Assembly (NCBI GenBank): GCA_965204745.1
Contig: OZ242010.1
Span: 2,880,001 to 2,944,000 of the forward strand
DNA: 64,000 bases
Source: Candidatus Latescibacterota bacterium
Lineage (GTDB): Bacteria > Latescibacterota > UBA2968
Reading direction: 5' to 3'
In this document: positions 47,770 through 56,550 of the stretch, piece after piece
How the letters are laid out: each line of letters begins with the position of its first letter
How positions within the stretch are numbered: position 1 is the stretch's first letter
The notes under the pieces: model-generated
Told to the model about the DNA's origin: nothing
The model's input: the letters and a program-made list of their open reading frames with translations, nothing else
Database searches by the model: none
Program-made: the position numbers and the translations under genes

Positions 47770-47815
47770 AAAAAACCGCAGGACATATTCACGTCCTGCG
47801 GTTCGCGTTTTTTTG
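47770..47815. terminator. Bidirectional intrinsic terminator
   Basis: AAAAAACCGCAGGAC...GTCCTGCGGTT...TTTTTTT. Confidence 0.65.
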
Positions 47816-47873
47816 TCCTTTTCAATTATCCCATCGCCACAGCGGCAATCCCGTTCATACACCGAGTTTGGGG

Positions 47874-48347
47874 CTATTGACGACCACTCTTGCATAAATT
47901 TCTGTTGCCAAGCAGTCGTCTGTGGCTGTTTTCAAAGTGCTCTTTGAGAAGCGTGGAATAGACCTTTCCTCGGGGGTTGTCAATCAACTTTTTGTCCTTG
48001 AAATCCTGTTGCAAATCCTTATCGTTTGAATACAACAAACGCGCACCGCTGACTTGGGCCAACGCCACAATATGTGGATCATCGGAACGGCACGAGTTCT
48101 CGCTTTTGAGTTGTTGTGTCTTGTCGTTCACAGTAGCGGTATTGCAGAGCCTGACTCGTCCAGAGAGAACCGCCTGTTTCCACCATGTTCTGAACTTGCG
48201 ATTTCCGTCGAGTTCTCGCAGCAACTTGCCGCCTGCAACGAGTTGTCCCTTTCCCGAATTGAGCCATTGGAAGAACTCCTCGCCAGCCGGTGGACGGTCA
48301 GGGCCGAACACTTGATGTACAATATTGATGTCGAGAATGGCACACAT
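47874..48347 (-). CDS. PIN-domain protein
   Basis: AILDIN, SDDPHIVALA, LLYSNDKDL acidic PIN motifs; ATG directly abuts the upstream ATPase stop. Confidence 0.8.
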   Translation of the reverse strand: MCAILDINIVHQVFGPDRPPAGEEFFQWLNSGKGQLVAGGKLLRELDGNRKFRTWWKQAVLSGRVRLCNTATVNDKTQQLKSENSCRSDDPHIVALAQVSGARLLYSNDKDLQQDFKDKKLIDNPRGKVYSTLLKEHFENSHRRLLGNRNLCKSGRQ

Positions 48348-49712
48348 CTAAAGCCCTAGGGATCGCGTTGTTTCTTCCATGAAAAATTGGCGGTAACTCT
48401 GCGGCGCGTTCAAAACATTGCCCTCTCGATCCAATCGTAGCGAGTGAATGCGAACATCCAAGTCCCCGCGCTCAAAGAACAGAATGGAAACATCCTCCGG
48501 TCTCAAGTTTGTCGCGCCGTCGCGGACATCCATCCGCACGCGGTCAATCAGGTGGTCGCTGTGCGTTTCAATGATCAACTGGCGGTATTGCCCGGCGAGT
48601 TGACAAAACAAAGTTCCCAACGCCGCTTGGGCACTGGGATGGAGATGGACTTCTGGTTGTTGCAACAAAAACATGAGGCGAGATCGGTTCTCCACCTCGT
48701 CCCGCTGGGCATCTCGGCGCAACAACTCGGTTATGACGGGCAACACTTGGCTGACGCCATACCCGACGTCAATCAGGTTGCGCTGTGGCCCCTTGGCGCG
48801 TTTTCCGAATTTTCTGATCTGCACTTGAAAAGGGCCGGTGTCTTTCCTGCCCAGCGGCTCGACCGAGATTTCATCGAACAGACCGGACTGTTTTCCAAAC
48901 GCTTCAAGGGCGTTCTTAAGGGCGTTCCACTGTCTCTTGTTTTGAAAATACGCATCGGCGAAATACATCGGGATATAATCGCCTTCCGGGTCTCGCGTTG
49001 GACGCGCCGGGTCATAGGTGCGACGCGGCTTGGACCGAACAGGCGCGCTGGCATAGGGGCGCGTTTCAAATATGGATCTCATTTCAGAGATCATAACAAG
49101 TTTTTCTAACCGTTCCCAATCTTCTTCAGTGAGCGATTCGGTATCTTGCAATTCAGTTAATGATCTGTTGCTTTTAACATCATTTTGTAGCGTTAAAAAA
49201 AAAGAAAAAAAGTGAGGCAGTTTGTCCCTATCGGCATCCAACCGAGGACGGAGATAACCGGATGCCTGCCACTGCCATGTGCCCTTTGGTGTGCCAAATC
49301 TGAGTTGCCAAGTCCGATCCTGCCCGAGGCAGTCCTCAACCCAAACATCATCAAGGGCAATGCGTCTTTTCACTGGCACTGGCACAGTTCCACTTCGTGC
49401 GAAAGTCACGTCAAAGCGGTAAGCCTCCCCCTCCATAGATTGAAGCGTAAACCCGGCCTCAAAAGTATCTGCTCGTCCTGCCCTTCCCCCTCGGTAGTAG
49501 GCGATTTCGTCAAAACTGCCGAGGTCGTAGGGTTCTTCCTTGAAATCCGGAATGCTCGCTTGATAGGCGATATCCCACAGGGCGCGAATCAGGGCCATGA
49601 AAGAAGTCTTGCCCGTGCTGTTCTCGCCCACGAGCAGGGTCAGCGGTGCGAGGCGGGCAACTTGCTCTTCCCGGAAGCATCGGAAATTTTTCAGAGTGAT
49701 TTGGTCCATCAC
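48348..49712 (-). CDS. ABC/AAA_21-type ATPase (DUF3696-like C-terminus)
   Basis: LKNFRCF, GENSTGKT, DVGYGVSQVL, QQPEVHLHP, IETHSDHL. Confidence 0.88.
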   Translation of the reverse strand: MMDQITLKNFRCFREEQVARLAPLTLLVGENSTGKTSFMALIRALWDIAYQASIPDFKEEPYDLGSFDEIAYYRGGRAGRADTFEAGFTLQSMEGEAYRFDVTFARSGTVPVPVKRRIALDDVWVEDCLGQDRTWQLRFGTPKGTWQWQASGYLRPRLDADRDKLPHFFSFFLTLQNDVKSNRSLTELQDTESLTEEDWERLEKLVMISEMRSIFETRPYASAPVRSKPRRTYDPARPTRDPEGDYIPMYFADAYFQNKRQWNALKNALEAFGKQSGLFDEISVEPLGRKDTGPFQVQIRKFGKRAKGPQRNLIDVGYGVSQVLPVITELLRRDAQRDEVENRSRLMFLLQQPEVHLHPSAQAALGTLFCQLAGQYRQLIIETHSDHLIDRVRMDVRDGATNLRPEDVSILFFERGDLDVRIHSLRLDREGNVLNAPQSYRQFFMEETTRSLGL

Positions 49713-49720
49713 ATGGACTC

Positions 49721-50170
49721 CTACGCGCTCGGCGTGTCTGGGGCAGACGGGTCGCCTTCAATCCAGGCTTCGCCCCCATCGGTCCACACTTCTTTTTTCC
49801 AGATCGGCACGGTTTGTTTTAAGCGGTCAATCGCGTAGTGACACGCTTCCAATGACGCTTTGCGATGGGGGGAAGAAACCGCGATCAACACGCTGATCTC
49901 CCCAATTTCCAACCGCCCTATGCGGTGCAACATGCCCACGCGATCCACGTCCCACTTGTCTTTGATCTCATCCCCAATTTCGCGCATCTTTTTTTGGGCC
50001 ATCTCTTTGTACGCATCGTAAATGAGATAAGATGTTCCGCGCCCTTTTGTGTTGTCGCGCACCACGCCGGCAAACGTCGTCACGGCGCCGTCCGAATCCG
50101 CCAGCACCGCATTGTACAGCGCGTCCGGTTGTATCTCTGCGTTTTGGATTTTATACACGTCATCGGCCAT
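49721..50170 (-). CDS. moaE: Molybdopterin synthase catalytic subunit
   Basis: GAVTTF.GVVR, HRIG.L.IGE.SV, SSPHR, IDRLK..VPIWKKE. Confidence 0.95.
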   Translation of the reverse strand: MADDVYKIQNAEIQPDALYNAVLADSDGAVTTFAGVVRDNTKGRGTSYLIYDAYKEMAQKKMREIGDEIKDKWDVDRVGMLHRIGRLEIGEISVLIAVSSPHRKASLEACHYAIDRLKQTVPIWKKEVWTDGGEAWIEGDPSAPDTPSA

Positions 50171-50318
50171 ATCAAATTCCTTTTTTGTTCGCCCAACCCT
50201 TCAGCCGCCCCGTGTGCGTGACCCCCTTTGCATCCCATCTGCCCGTGCGATCCGCCCATCGTCCCAGCCGCCCCGTGTGCGGTTCTTGTCCATGCGTTTC
50301 ATCTGCGGCGATCAGGGG

Positions 50319-50564
50319 TTAGCCGCCGCTTACGGGAGGAATGAACGCGACCTCATCTCCTTCTCGAAGTTGCACGTCGCGATCTGCATACGCTTGATTG
50401 ACCGACACCATCAAACTCGGCGCGAGGTCTGCAAATCGCGCGCGTTCTGATGCGAGGGTGGCGATCAAGTCGGTCACAGTCGCGCCAGGGGCCAGGATCA
50501 TTTTTCGATCACTGACCCCCATCAAATCCCGACAAGACGCAAAAAAGAGCACGGTTATGGTCAC
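50319..50564 (-). CDS. moaD: Molybdopterin synthase sulfur carrier subunit
   Basis: VLFFA, GDEVAFIPPVSGG C-terminus. Confidence 0.95.
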   Translation of the reverse strand: MTITVLFFASCRDLMGVSDRKMILAPGATVTDLIATLASERARFADLAPSLMVSVNQAYADRDVQLREGDEVAFIPPVSGG

Positions 50565-51559
50565 GGTTCTACTCCCAATACTCGTCGTAGCCTCGGGTTG
50601 TTTTGAACGCCCGGCGTACGCCCGCGTTTGGCAATGGGTTTGCCATCGACCTCTTTTAGATCCGCAGTAAAATCAATCGGCGACGCGCCGCTGATCGCGC
50701 TGCCCACGCCAAACCCGGCGATGGGGCATTGCAGTCGCACAAATTCCGAAATTCGCTCGGGCGTCAATCCGCCACTCACAAAAATGCCCACCTCGTCAAA
50801 TCCCGCGCCGTCCAATGCCTGTCGCACGCGCCAGACCAATGCGGGCGTTACCCCGCCCAATTCGGAGGGTGTATCCAAGCGCACGCCCCACAATCGGCCT
50901 TTCAATGCACGCGCCACGCGCACGCTCTCTTCGGCTTCGTCTAAAAACGTATCCACCAGCACAATGCGCGGCACGGAATCGGGCAGGTGGGCGTCAAACG
51001 CTCGGGCCGCGGTCACGGTATCGCCGCAAATCAACATCAAGGCGTGGGGCATCGTGCCGGACGCTTCCCTGCCAAACAGCGCGGCCCCGGCCGGCGTTGC
51101 AAAGCCATCGCATCCGCCAATGCCCGCGGCGTATTCCATGCGGTCTGAAACAGCGGGATGGACGTGCCGCGCGCCAAAGCTGATAATGGGAATCTCGCCC
51201 GCGGCTTCCACGCATGCCCGCGCTGCTGTGGCCCAACCGCTGCCGTGCGCGAGCGTGCCCAGCATCGCGGTTTCAAAAACGCCGATAGCGCGATACTTCG
51301 CTTGGAGGCGCAACACCACTTCCTTTCGCGTCATCGCGTCCCCGTCATCCAACGCCCAAACCGTTGCATCATCGGGCAGGACTTCGCGCAAATTCTCCAG
51401 CACCTCGCGGATGCCACACAACAGGCCATCGCCATTGGGAAATACCTCCATGATCACATCGGGATCGCGCCCTTCGGCTTTGAGCACCGCAAGGGTATTC
51501 AAAAAATACTGGTCAGCGCGAGCAGTGTCGAGAAATGGGATGGGTTGTTTGGTAGTCAT
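50561..51559 (-). CDS. pncB: Nicotinate phosphoribosyltransferase (short form)
   Basis: DQYF, SFGARHVHP, GTMPHAL, LVDTF, GVRLDTP, SGG, FGVGS, AKRG. Confidence 0.85.
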   Translation of the reverse strand: MTTKQPIPFLDTARADQYFLNTLAVLKAEGRDPDVIMEVFPNGDGLLCGIREVLENLREVLPDDATVWALDDGDAMTRKEVVLRLQAKYRAIGVFETAMLGTLAHGSGWATAARACVEAAGEIPIISFGARHVHPAVSDRMEYAAGIGGCDGFATPAGAALFGREASGTMPHALMLICGDTVTAARAFDAHLPDSVPRIVLVDTFLDEAEESVRVARALKGRLWGVRLDTPSELGGVTPALVWRVRQALDGAGFDEVGIFVSGGLTPERISEFVRLQCPIAGFGVGSAISGASPIDFTADLKEVDGKPIAKRGRTPGVQNNPRLRRVLGVEP

Positions 51560-51604
51560 GGCAAATTGATGAATCTACGAATCGGTGGATACGCCTTATT
51601 CAGT

Positions 51605-51830
51605 CCTCTTGTGCCTCTTGCCTCTCGCCTCTTCCTTTTGTGCCTTTGAACTGGCTGTCGCCAGTTGTACCCCGCTCGTGCCTTTGAACTGGCTGTCGCC
51701 AGTTGTACCCCGCTCGTGGCCTCTTGCCTCTCGCCTCTCGCCTCTTCCTTTTGTGCCTTTTGTGCCTTTTGTGGCCTCTTGCCTCTTGCCTCTCGCCTCT
51801 CGCCTCTCACCTCTTGCCTCTCACCTCTTT
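51605..51830. repeat. Composite block: (CCTCT(C/T)G)n heptamers, two 36-bp palindromes, TTTTGTGCC nonamers
   Basis: Direct reading; overlaps the PHP gene stop. Confidence 0.85.
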
Positions 51831-52646
51831 CATCGCATCCAAGAACGCCGATGGCACGGGCACGGTTCCAAGCACGGGGTTGCCGCGCTCATCGCCGTGG
51901 CAATCCGATCCGCCGGTGGGGAGCAAGCCATAGTGGTTTGCCATAGCTGAATACCGGCGCACAGCCTTGCGGTCGTGTTTGATGTGCATCACTTCTATGC
52001 CGTCCAAGCCCTGTTTGATCAGGTCGGGAATGATGGCATCGCGCCGATACAAAATCGGATGGGCCAAGCTGGCAAGGCCGCCCGCTGTGTGGATGATCTC
52101 GACCGCCTCACCGGGGGTCAGCGTGAACTTGGGTTGAAACGCGGGCCTGCCATAAGACAGATATTTTTGAAACGCTTGATCGTGCGAAAACACAATGCCT
52201 TCTTCCACCAGCACATCGGCGATGTGGGGCCGGCCAATCGCGGCATTGCCCGCCCGATGCAGTACTTGGGACATAGTGATCCGCACGCCCAAGCGGTTGA
52301 GCTTTTCCACGATCTTTTCCGCGCGTTTGAACCGCGTCTCCTGAAATTTTTGCAACCACGCGAGCAAGTCCGAATGATCGGGATCGACAAAATAGCCCAA
52401 GATGTGGACGTCTGCCCGCGCTTCTTGCGTGCTCAACTCGATGCCGGGAATCACTTCAATGCCGACCTCTCGTCCCACATCTTGTGCCTCGCGCACACCG
52501 GCAACCGAATCGTGATCGGTCAGGCTGATGGCCGACAATCCCACTTCCGCGGCGCGCTTGACGACCTGCGTCGGCGAGAACGAACCATCCGATTTGGTGG
52601 AGTGCAGGTGCAGGTCGATGTATGTGTTGGCGCGATGTGTTGGCAT
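51807..52646 (-). CDS. PHP-domain phosphoesterase (TrpH/YciV family)
   Basis: DLHLHSTKSDG, LTDHD, GIELS, GRPHIA, LAHP, GGSDCHG. Confidence 0.92.
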   Translation of the reverse strand: MPTHRANTYIDLHLHSTKSDGSFSPTQVVKRAAEVGLSAISLTDHDSVAGVREAQDVGREVGIEVIPGIELSTQEARADVHILGYFVDPDHSDLLAWLQKFQETRFKRAEKIVEKLNRLGVRITMSQVLHRAGNAAIGRPHIADVLVEEGIVFSHDQAFQKYLSYGRPAFQPKFTLTPGEAVEIIHTAGGLASLAHPILYRRDAIIPDLIKQGLDGIEVMHIKHDRKAVRRYSAMANHYGLLPTGGSDCHGDERGNPVLGTVPVPSAFLDAMKEVRGKR

Positions 52647-52675
52647 ATCTCTTTACCGCCTCGCCGATAAGCGCG

Positions 52676-52775
52676 AGGACAGGCACAAGGGCCTGTCCCT
52701 ACGGGTGATGGGCTGGGGGCTGATTGCTTTTCGCATCTTGCTATCTCCGGGCGGGCACGGGGGCACCGTCCCTAC
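52676..52775. repeat. Two GTAG-type REP palindromes (GTAGGGAC...CCCGTGCC.G.CC); others at ~12106, ~19904, ~26597, ~45089
   Basis: GTAG tetranucleotide followed by an imperfect hairpin. Confidence 0.7.
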
Positions 52776-52791
52776 AAGGTGTTGGGCGGGA

Positions 52792-52928
52792 TGCCTTCTC
52801 ACGTCTTGCCTCTGCCTTCTCACGTCTTGCCTCTGCCTTCTCACGTCTTGCCTCTGCCTTCTCACGTCTTGCCTCTGCCTTCTCACGTCTTGCCTCTGCC
52901 TTCTCACGTCTTGCCTCTGCCTTCTCAC
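52792..52928. repeat. 21-bp tandem repeat TGCCTTCTCACGTCTTGCCTC x6.5
   Basis: Perfect copies; flanked by the direct repeat CCCTACAAGGTGTTGGG.GGGATG. Confidence 0.95.
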
Positions 52929-53000
52929 TTTTTTGCACCGCCCCTACAAGGTGTTGGGTGGGATGAGATTCGTCGGTCAGTTGTACCCCGCTCCGTTCGT

Positions 53001-53537
53001 CTATTTGTACGTCAATCCCAATGCTTGTTGCTTGCCTTCGCGTTGCAATTTTCGCAACTGACCGCGCACCAAATTGCGCTTGATCGCGTTGAAGTGTTCC
53101 ACGATGAGCACCCCGTTGAGATGGTCGATTTCGTGTTGGAGGACTTTGGCGACAATGCCATTCAGATCCATTTCAAATTTCCGTCCGTTCCCGTCGAGCG
53201 CGCGCACGCCAATCTGCGCGGGACGCCTGACATCGCCCACAATGCCCGGCAGGCTCAAACACCCTTCTTCGCCGATATGATCGCCTTCTGCCCATAGAAT
53301 TTCCGGGTTGATAAAAACCAGCGGTTCGGCTAGGGGATCGCGTGGTCGCACGTCCAGCACGAGAAGCCGCTCGGTAAAACCCACCTGTTGCGCCGCAAGC
53401 CCTACGCCTTCGGCAACGTACATGGTTGCAAACATATCTTCGATGAGGTGTTGCATCTCATCGGTTATATCGCGGACCGGGGTCGCCTTTTGCCGCAACA
53501 CGGGGCAACCAAATTTTTTGATTTCGAGTAAGGCCAT
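53001..53537 (-). CDS. def: Peptide deformylase
   Basis: GVGLAAQQVG, EGCLS, QHEIDHL. Confidence 0.96.
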   Translation of the reverse strand: MALLEIKKFGCPVLRQKATPVRDITDEMQHLIEDMFATMYVAEGVGLAAQQVGFTERLLVLDVRPRDPLAEPLVFINPEILWAEGDHIGEEGCLSLPGIVGDVRRPAQIGVRALDGNGRKFEMDLNGIVAKVLQHEIDHLNGVLIVEHFNAIKRNLVRGQLRKLQREGKQQALGLTYK

Positions 53538-53576
53538 AATTTTTACCTACGCCTCTTGCCTCTCCCGTCTCCCCTC

Positions 53577-54563
53577 TTACCGAAGGGGGTTGGGCGGGGG
53601 GCCGGAGACTGACCGCTCATTCAGGGGCGTCCAGCCGCGGCCGGGGTGGCGGATTCTTGCGTTGTCCCATTGCTTTCGCAGCGCGGCAAATGCCTCGGGG
53701 TCGCGCATTTCTCGGTGCGGGTTTTGCGTGTCTCGAATCACGAAATACGCCTCGCCCGGATGGCAGGCCATGGTCACGGGATCGCGTTCTGGCGCGTAAT
53801 CTTCGGGGACTTCGCCGATGTTGCTCGGCACGCTGAAATCCTGATAGCGCAAGTCCATGCTCCAGCGCACGATATCGGTCTCGTTTTCAAACGAGGCGTG
53901 CGGGGTCATGTTCGTCAGGAACAACACGGAGCCTGCCGACATTTCAATGGGGATCGCGCCAGCGGGCAAATTTTCCGGGGCGATTTCCAAAAAGCCCGCG
54001 TGCCCACCGGTGTAATGCCGAATAATCCCCTCGTCCTGCACCTTTGGAATCACCCACAAACACCCGTTCTCCAGCGTGGCATCCACCAGCGGGATCCAGC
54101 ACGTCACCATCAAATCGTCATAACAATGCGCCATCGAATAGCCCGCGTCCTGATGCCAGGGCACCTCGCCGCGCAAATACCCCGGCACCTTGGGGCGGAT
54201 GCGGTAGATCGACGCGGCGACGATATCCGGGCCAATCACGTCTTCGATACACGCGATCAAGGGGGGATGGCGCAGGGCGTGCAAAATCCCCGGCCCGTGA
54301 AACTTCCCGGACCAAATCGACTTCAACACCTCGTGCGCGGCATCTGCGTCGTACCGGTGGAGTTTGGTCAACCGCGTCTCGAATGGCTCGTCCGCAAAAT
54401 CGCGGTCCAACTCGCCCGCGCGGATCAGCGCGTCGCACGTTTCCTGTATCGCGGCTGTCAACCCGTCTTTCAAGGGTTGCAGGTCATCGGGGGTGTAGAG
54501 GGCTTCTTTGACGACATATCCCAATTCGTTGAATTGTCGAAGTTCTCCTGCTGTGAGACCCAT
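53577..54563 (-). CDS. Phytanoyl-CoA dioxygenase (PhyH) family, canonical HxD
   Basis: PWHQDAGY, WIPLVDAT.ENGCL, TPHAS..N....RWSMD.RY. Confidence 0.9.
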   Translation of the reverse strand: MGLTAGELRQFNELGYVVKEALYTPDDLQPLKDGLTAAIQETCDALIRAGELDRDFADEPFETRLTKLHRYDADAAHEVLKSIWSGKFHGPGILHALRHPPLIACIEDVIGPDIVAASIYRIRPKVPGYLRGEVPWHQDAGYSMAHCYDDLMVTCWIPLVDATLENGCLWVIPKVQDEGIIRHYTGGHAGFLEIAPENLPAGAIPIEMSAGSVLFLTNMTPHASFENETDIVRWSMDLRYQDFSVPSNIGEVPEDYAPERDPVTMACHPGEAYFVIRDTQNPHREMRDPEAFAALRKQWDNARIRHPGRGWTPLNERSVSGPPPNPLR

Positions 54564-54581
54564 GGGTTCCTCCTTTGGCGA

Positions 54582-55331
54582 TCACATCACCACGTTTTCC
54601 CGGTTGCCGACTGACGGGGGTTGCAGGATGCGCCGCTGTTGATCCGTCAGCTTGGGATAGGCTTCAGGATCGTAGTAATTTTGCGACCACGCCGAGTGCC
54701 CGGGGCTGAACTTGTACAGCAATGCACGCCGCTCCTGCGCCCCGTTCCAGGGCATGGTGCCGTGTACCAACGCCTCTGTGAAAATGAGCATATCCCCGGC
54801 TTCGACTTCGGGTTGGTGGACGTAGTGCGCCGCGCGTTCAAAGCCGCGAACCTCTGCGGGAATATCCGCGGCAAAATTGCTCTTGTGCGTGCCGGGAATG
54901 CAGGCAAACCCGCCATCGCCTTTGCGTGCCAGCGTGAGGTTGTACGTGAACACGGTCAACCCATTTCGCATGACGCCCGCGTGGTATTTGTACCAGTGAT
55001 CCCCCGGCGCATTGGATTGCATGGCTGGCCCACCGTGCAATCGCCCGCCGTGCGCGCCCTTTTTCATGAAAATGCAGTAGTCGTGATCCGCGCGAAATTT
55101 CGGCCCCAGCAATTCGATCATGTACGGCAGGGCGTTGGGGTGGTCGAACAATGCCTGCGCTTCCGGCCCCCACGCCGAAACGCGGCCCGTGCGCCTGTGC
55201 TCGTCGTCTCCAGTATCGGGCCAGACCGCGTCGGCCAACGTATTCAGCGCATCGACTTCGTCCGCGCTCAACACGTTTTTGACGACCAAAAAGCCCTGCA
55301 AGTCAAAGCGGAACTTTTCTTCGGGTGTCAT
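54582..55331 (-). CDS. PhyH-family Fe/2OG oxygenase, H-x-G variant
   Basis: FDLQGFLVV, LHGG, CIPGTHKS, FTEALVHGT.PW...RR. Confidence 0.85.
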   Translation of the reverse strand: MTPEEKFRFDLQGFLVVKNVLSADEVDALNTLADAVWPDTGDDEHRRTGRVSAWGPEAQALFDHPNALPYMIELLGPKFRADHDYCIFMKKGAHGGRLHGGPAMQSNAPGDHWYKYHAGVMRNGLTVFTYNLTLARKGDGGFACIPGTHKSNFAADIPAEVRGFERAAHYVHQPEVEAGDMLIFTEALVHGTMPWNGAQERRALLYKFSPGHSAWSQNYYDPEAYPKLTDQQRRILQPPSVGNRENVVM

Positions 55332-55340
55332 GGATTCCTC

Positions 55341-55406
55341 CAGTGGTCAGTGGTCAGTGGTCAGTGGTCAGTGGTCAGTGGTCAGTGGTCAGTGGTCAGT
55401 GGTCAG
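55341..55406. repeat. Heptamer microsatellite (CAGTGGT) x9.4 abutting the RBS of the 55331 gene
   Basis: Perfect tandem copies. Confidence 0.95.
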
Positions 55407-55611
55407 CCCCCAATCCACATCCCCCCTCGCAAAACCGATCAGCGTTCCCCCCTTCCTCGCAGGAAGGGGGGTTAGGGGGGTAGGTCCGAAAAAAGACAAG
55501 TACGCAATGGATTCAACTCTTAATTCGCATTGAAAGATGACCGCAAGGGCTGTGCGTGATGGCTTTGACCCCGTGCATCATGCGACAAAAAACCCGTCAC
55601 ATCACCCCTCG

Positions 55612-56532
55612 CTAAAACAATCGCTTGAAGTCCGCGCCGATGACATTGCCTGCCGCGTATCGGCTGCGGAATAGGGTTTGGCGCATGGGGGGCATGGTCG
55701 AGAGCAACGCGGGATCGGGTTTCAACTCGGGTGCCCATCCGCCATCCACCTGATTGAACAAATGCGCGACCGCGATGCGGTCGTTGTCTTCATTGGTCCA
55801 CGGATGCGCGCTGTGCGTGGTGGCTTCGGCGAAGAACAAGACCGATCCGGGTGGGCATTCGTACGTGGTCCAAATGTCCGAATCCGGGTCTTGAACCTCG
55901 TCTGGCGCGGTATAGACCGACTTGTGGCTGCCCGTGATCAACAGGGTGCCGCCCCGTTTGTGTTTCACGGGGTTGAGTTCCCACACCACGCGCAGGTGCG
56001 GGCAAAAGCTCTTGCCGGGAAAGGCGTTGTAGAAATGCACGTCCCCCGGCAGGCGAAACAGGCCATTGCCATTGTGCGGGACAAAGGCGCGCGATTCCCG
56101 TTTGTCCCGATTGCGCCTGCCCGGCGCGGTGCGATACCACAGGCCGCAACCGCCCAAACTGAAGCCGTAACACTCCTGGCTGGAAAGGGCGGGATTGGCC
56201 GTAAATTCATTCAGCATCCCGACGACGACCGGATGGTCGACCAACCGCTGCGTGGGCCCGGCAAGGGGGGTGCGCTCATGCGCGGGCAGGGACTCTGGCT
56301 CGAAATGCAGTCGCAGACACCACGCCCGCATCTCGTCGATTTCCGCCGCGCTCAACACCTCGGGGATCAGCGACCAACCGCATGTGTCAAACGCGTACTT
56401 CTGTTCCTCTGTCGGCGGCACAACCGGCGCGCCATCGGCGTTCTGTTGCGGCAACTCGTGTGCGTAAGGCGCCATGGGCTGCCCCATGTTTTTGTTGATG
56501 ATATAGGGCTCGCCCCGTCCATTGTTCGCCAT
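55612..56532 (-). CDS. PhyH-family Fe/2OG oxygenase paralog A, H-N-G variant
   Basis: KYAFD..GW, PHNGNG, GGTL.ITGSHK, FAEATTHSAHPW....RIA. Confidence 0.8.
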   Translation of the reverse strand: MANNGRGEPYIINKNMGQPMAPYAHELPQQNADGAPVVPPTEEQKYAFDTCGWSLIPEVLSAAEIDEMRAWCLRLHFEPESLPAHERTPLAGPTQRLVDHPVVVGMLNEFTANPALSSQECYGFSLGGCGLWYRTAPGRRNRDKRESRAFVPHNGNGLFRLPGDVHFYNAFPGKSFCPHLRVVWELNPVKHKRGGTLLITGSHKSVYTAPDEVQDPDSDIWTTYECPPGSVLFFAEATTHSAHPWTNEDNDRIAVAHLFNQVDGGWAPELKPDPALLSTMPPMRQTLFRSRYAAGNVIGADFKRLF

Positions 56533-56550
56533 TTCTCGCTCCTATGCAAT

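Noticed and set aside
50170-50320. Moco riboswitch between moaD and moaE
   Set aside because: Only a short duplicated CAGCCGCCCCGTGTGCG is visible, with no recognisable riboswitch consensus.
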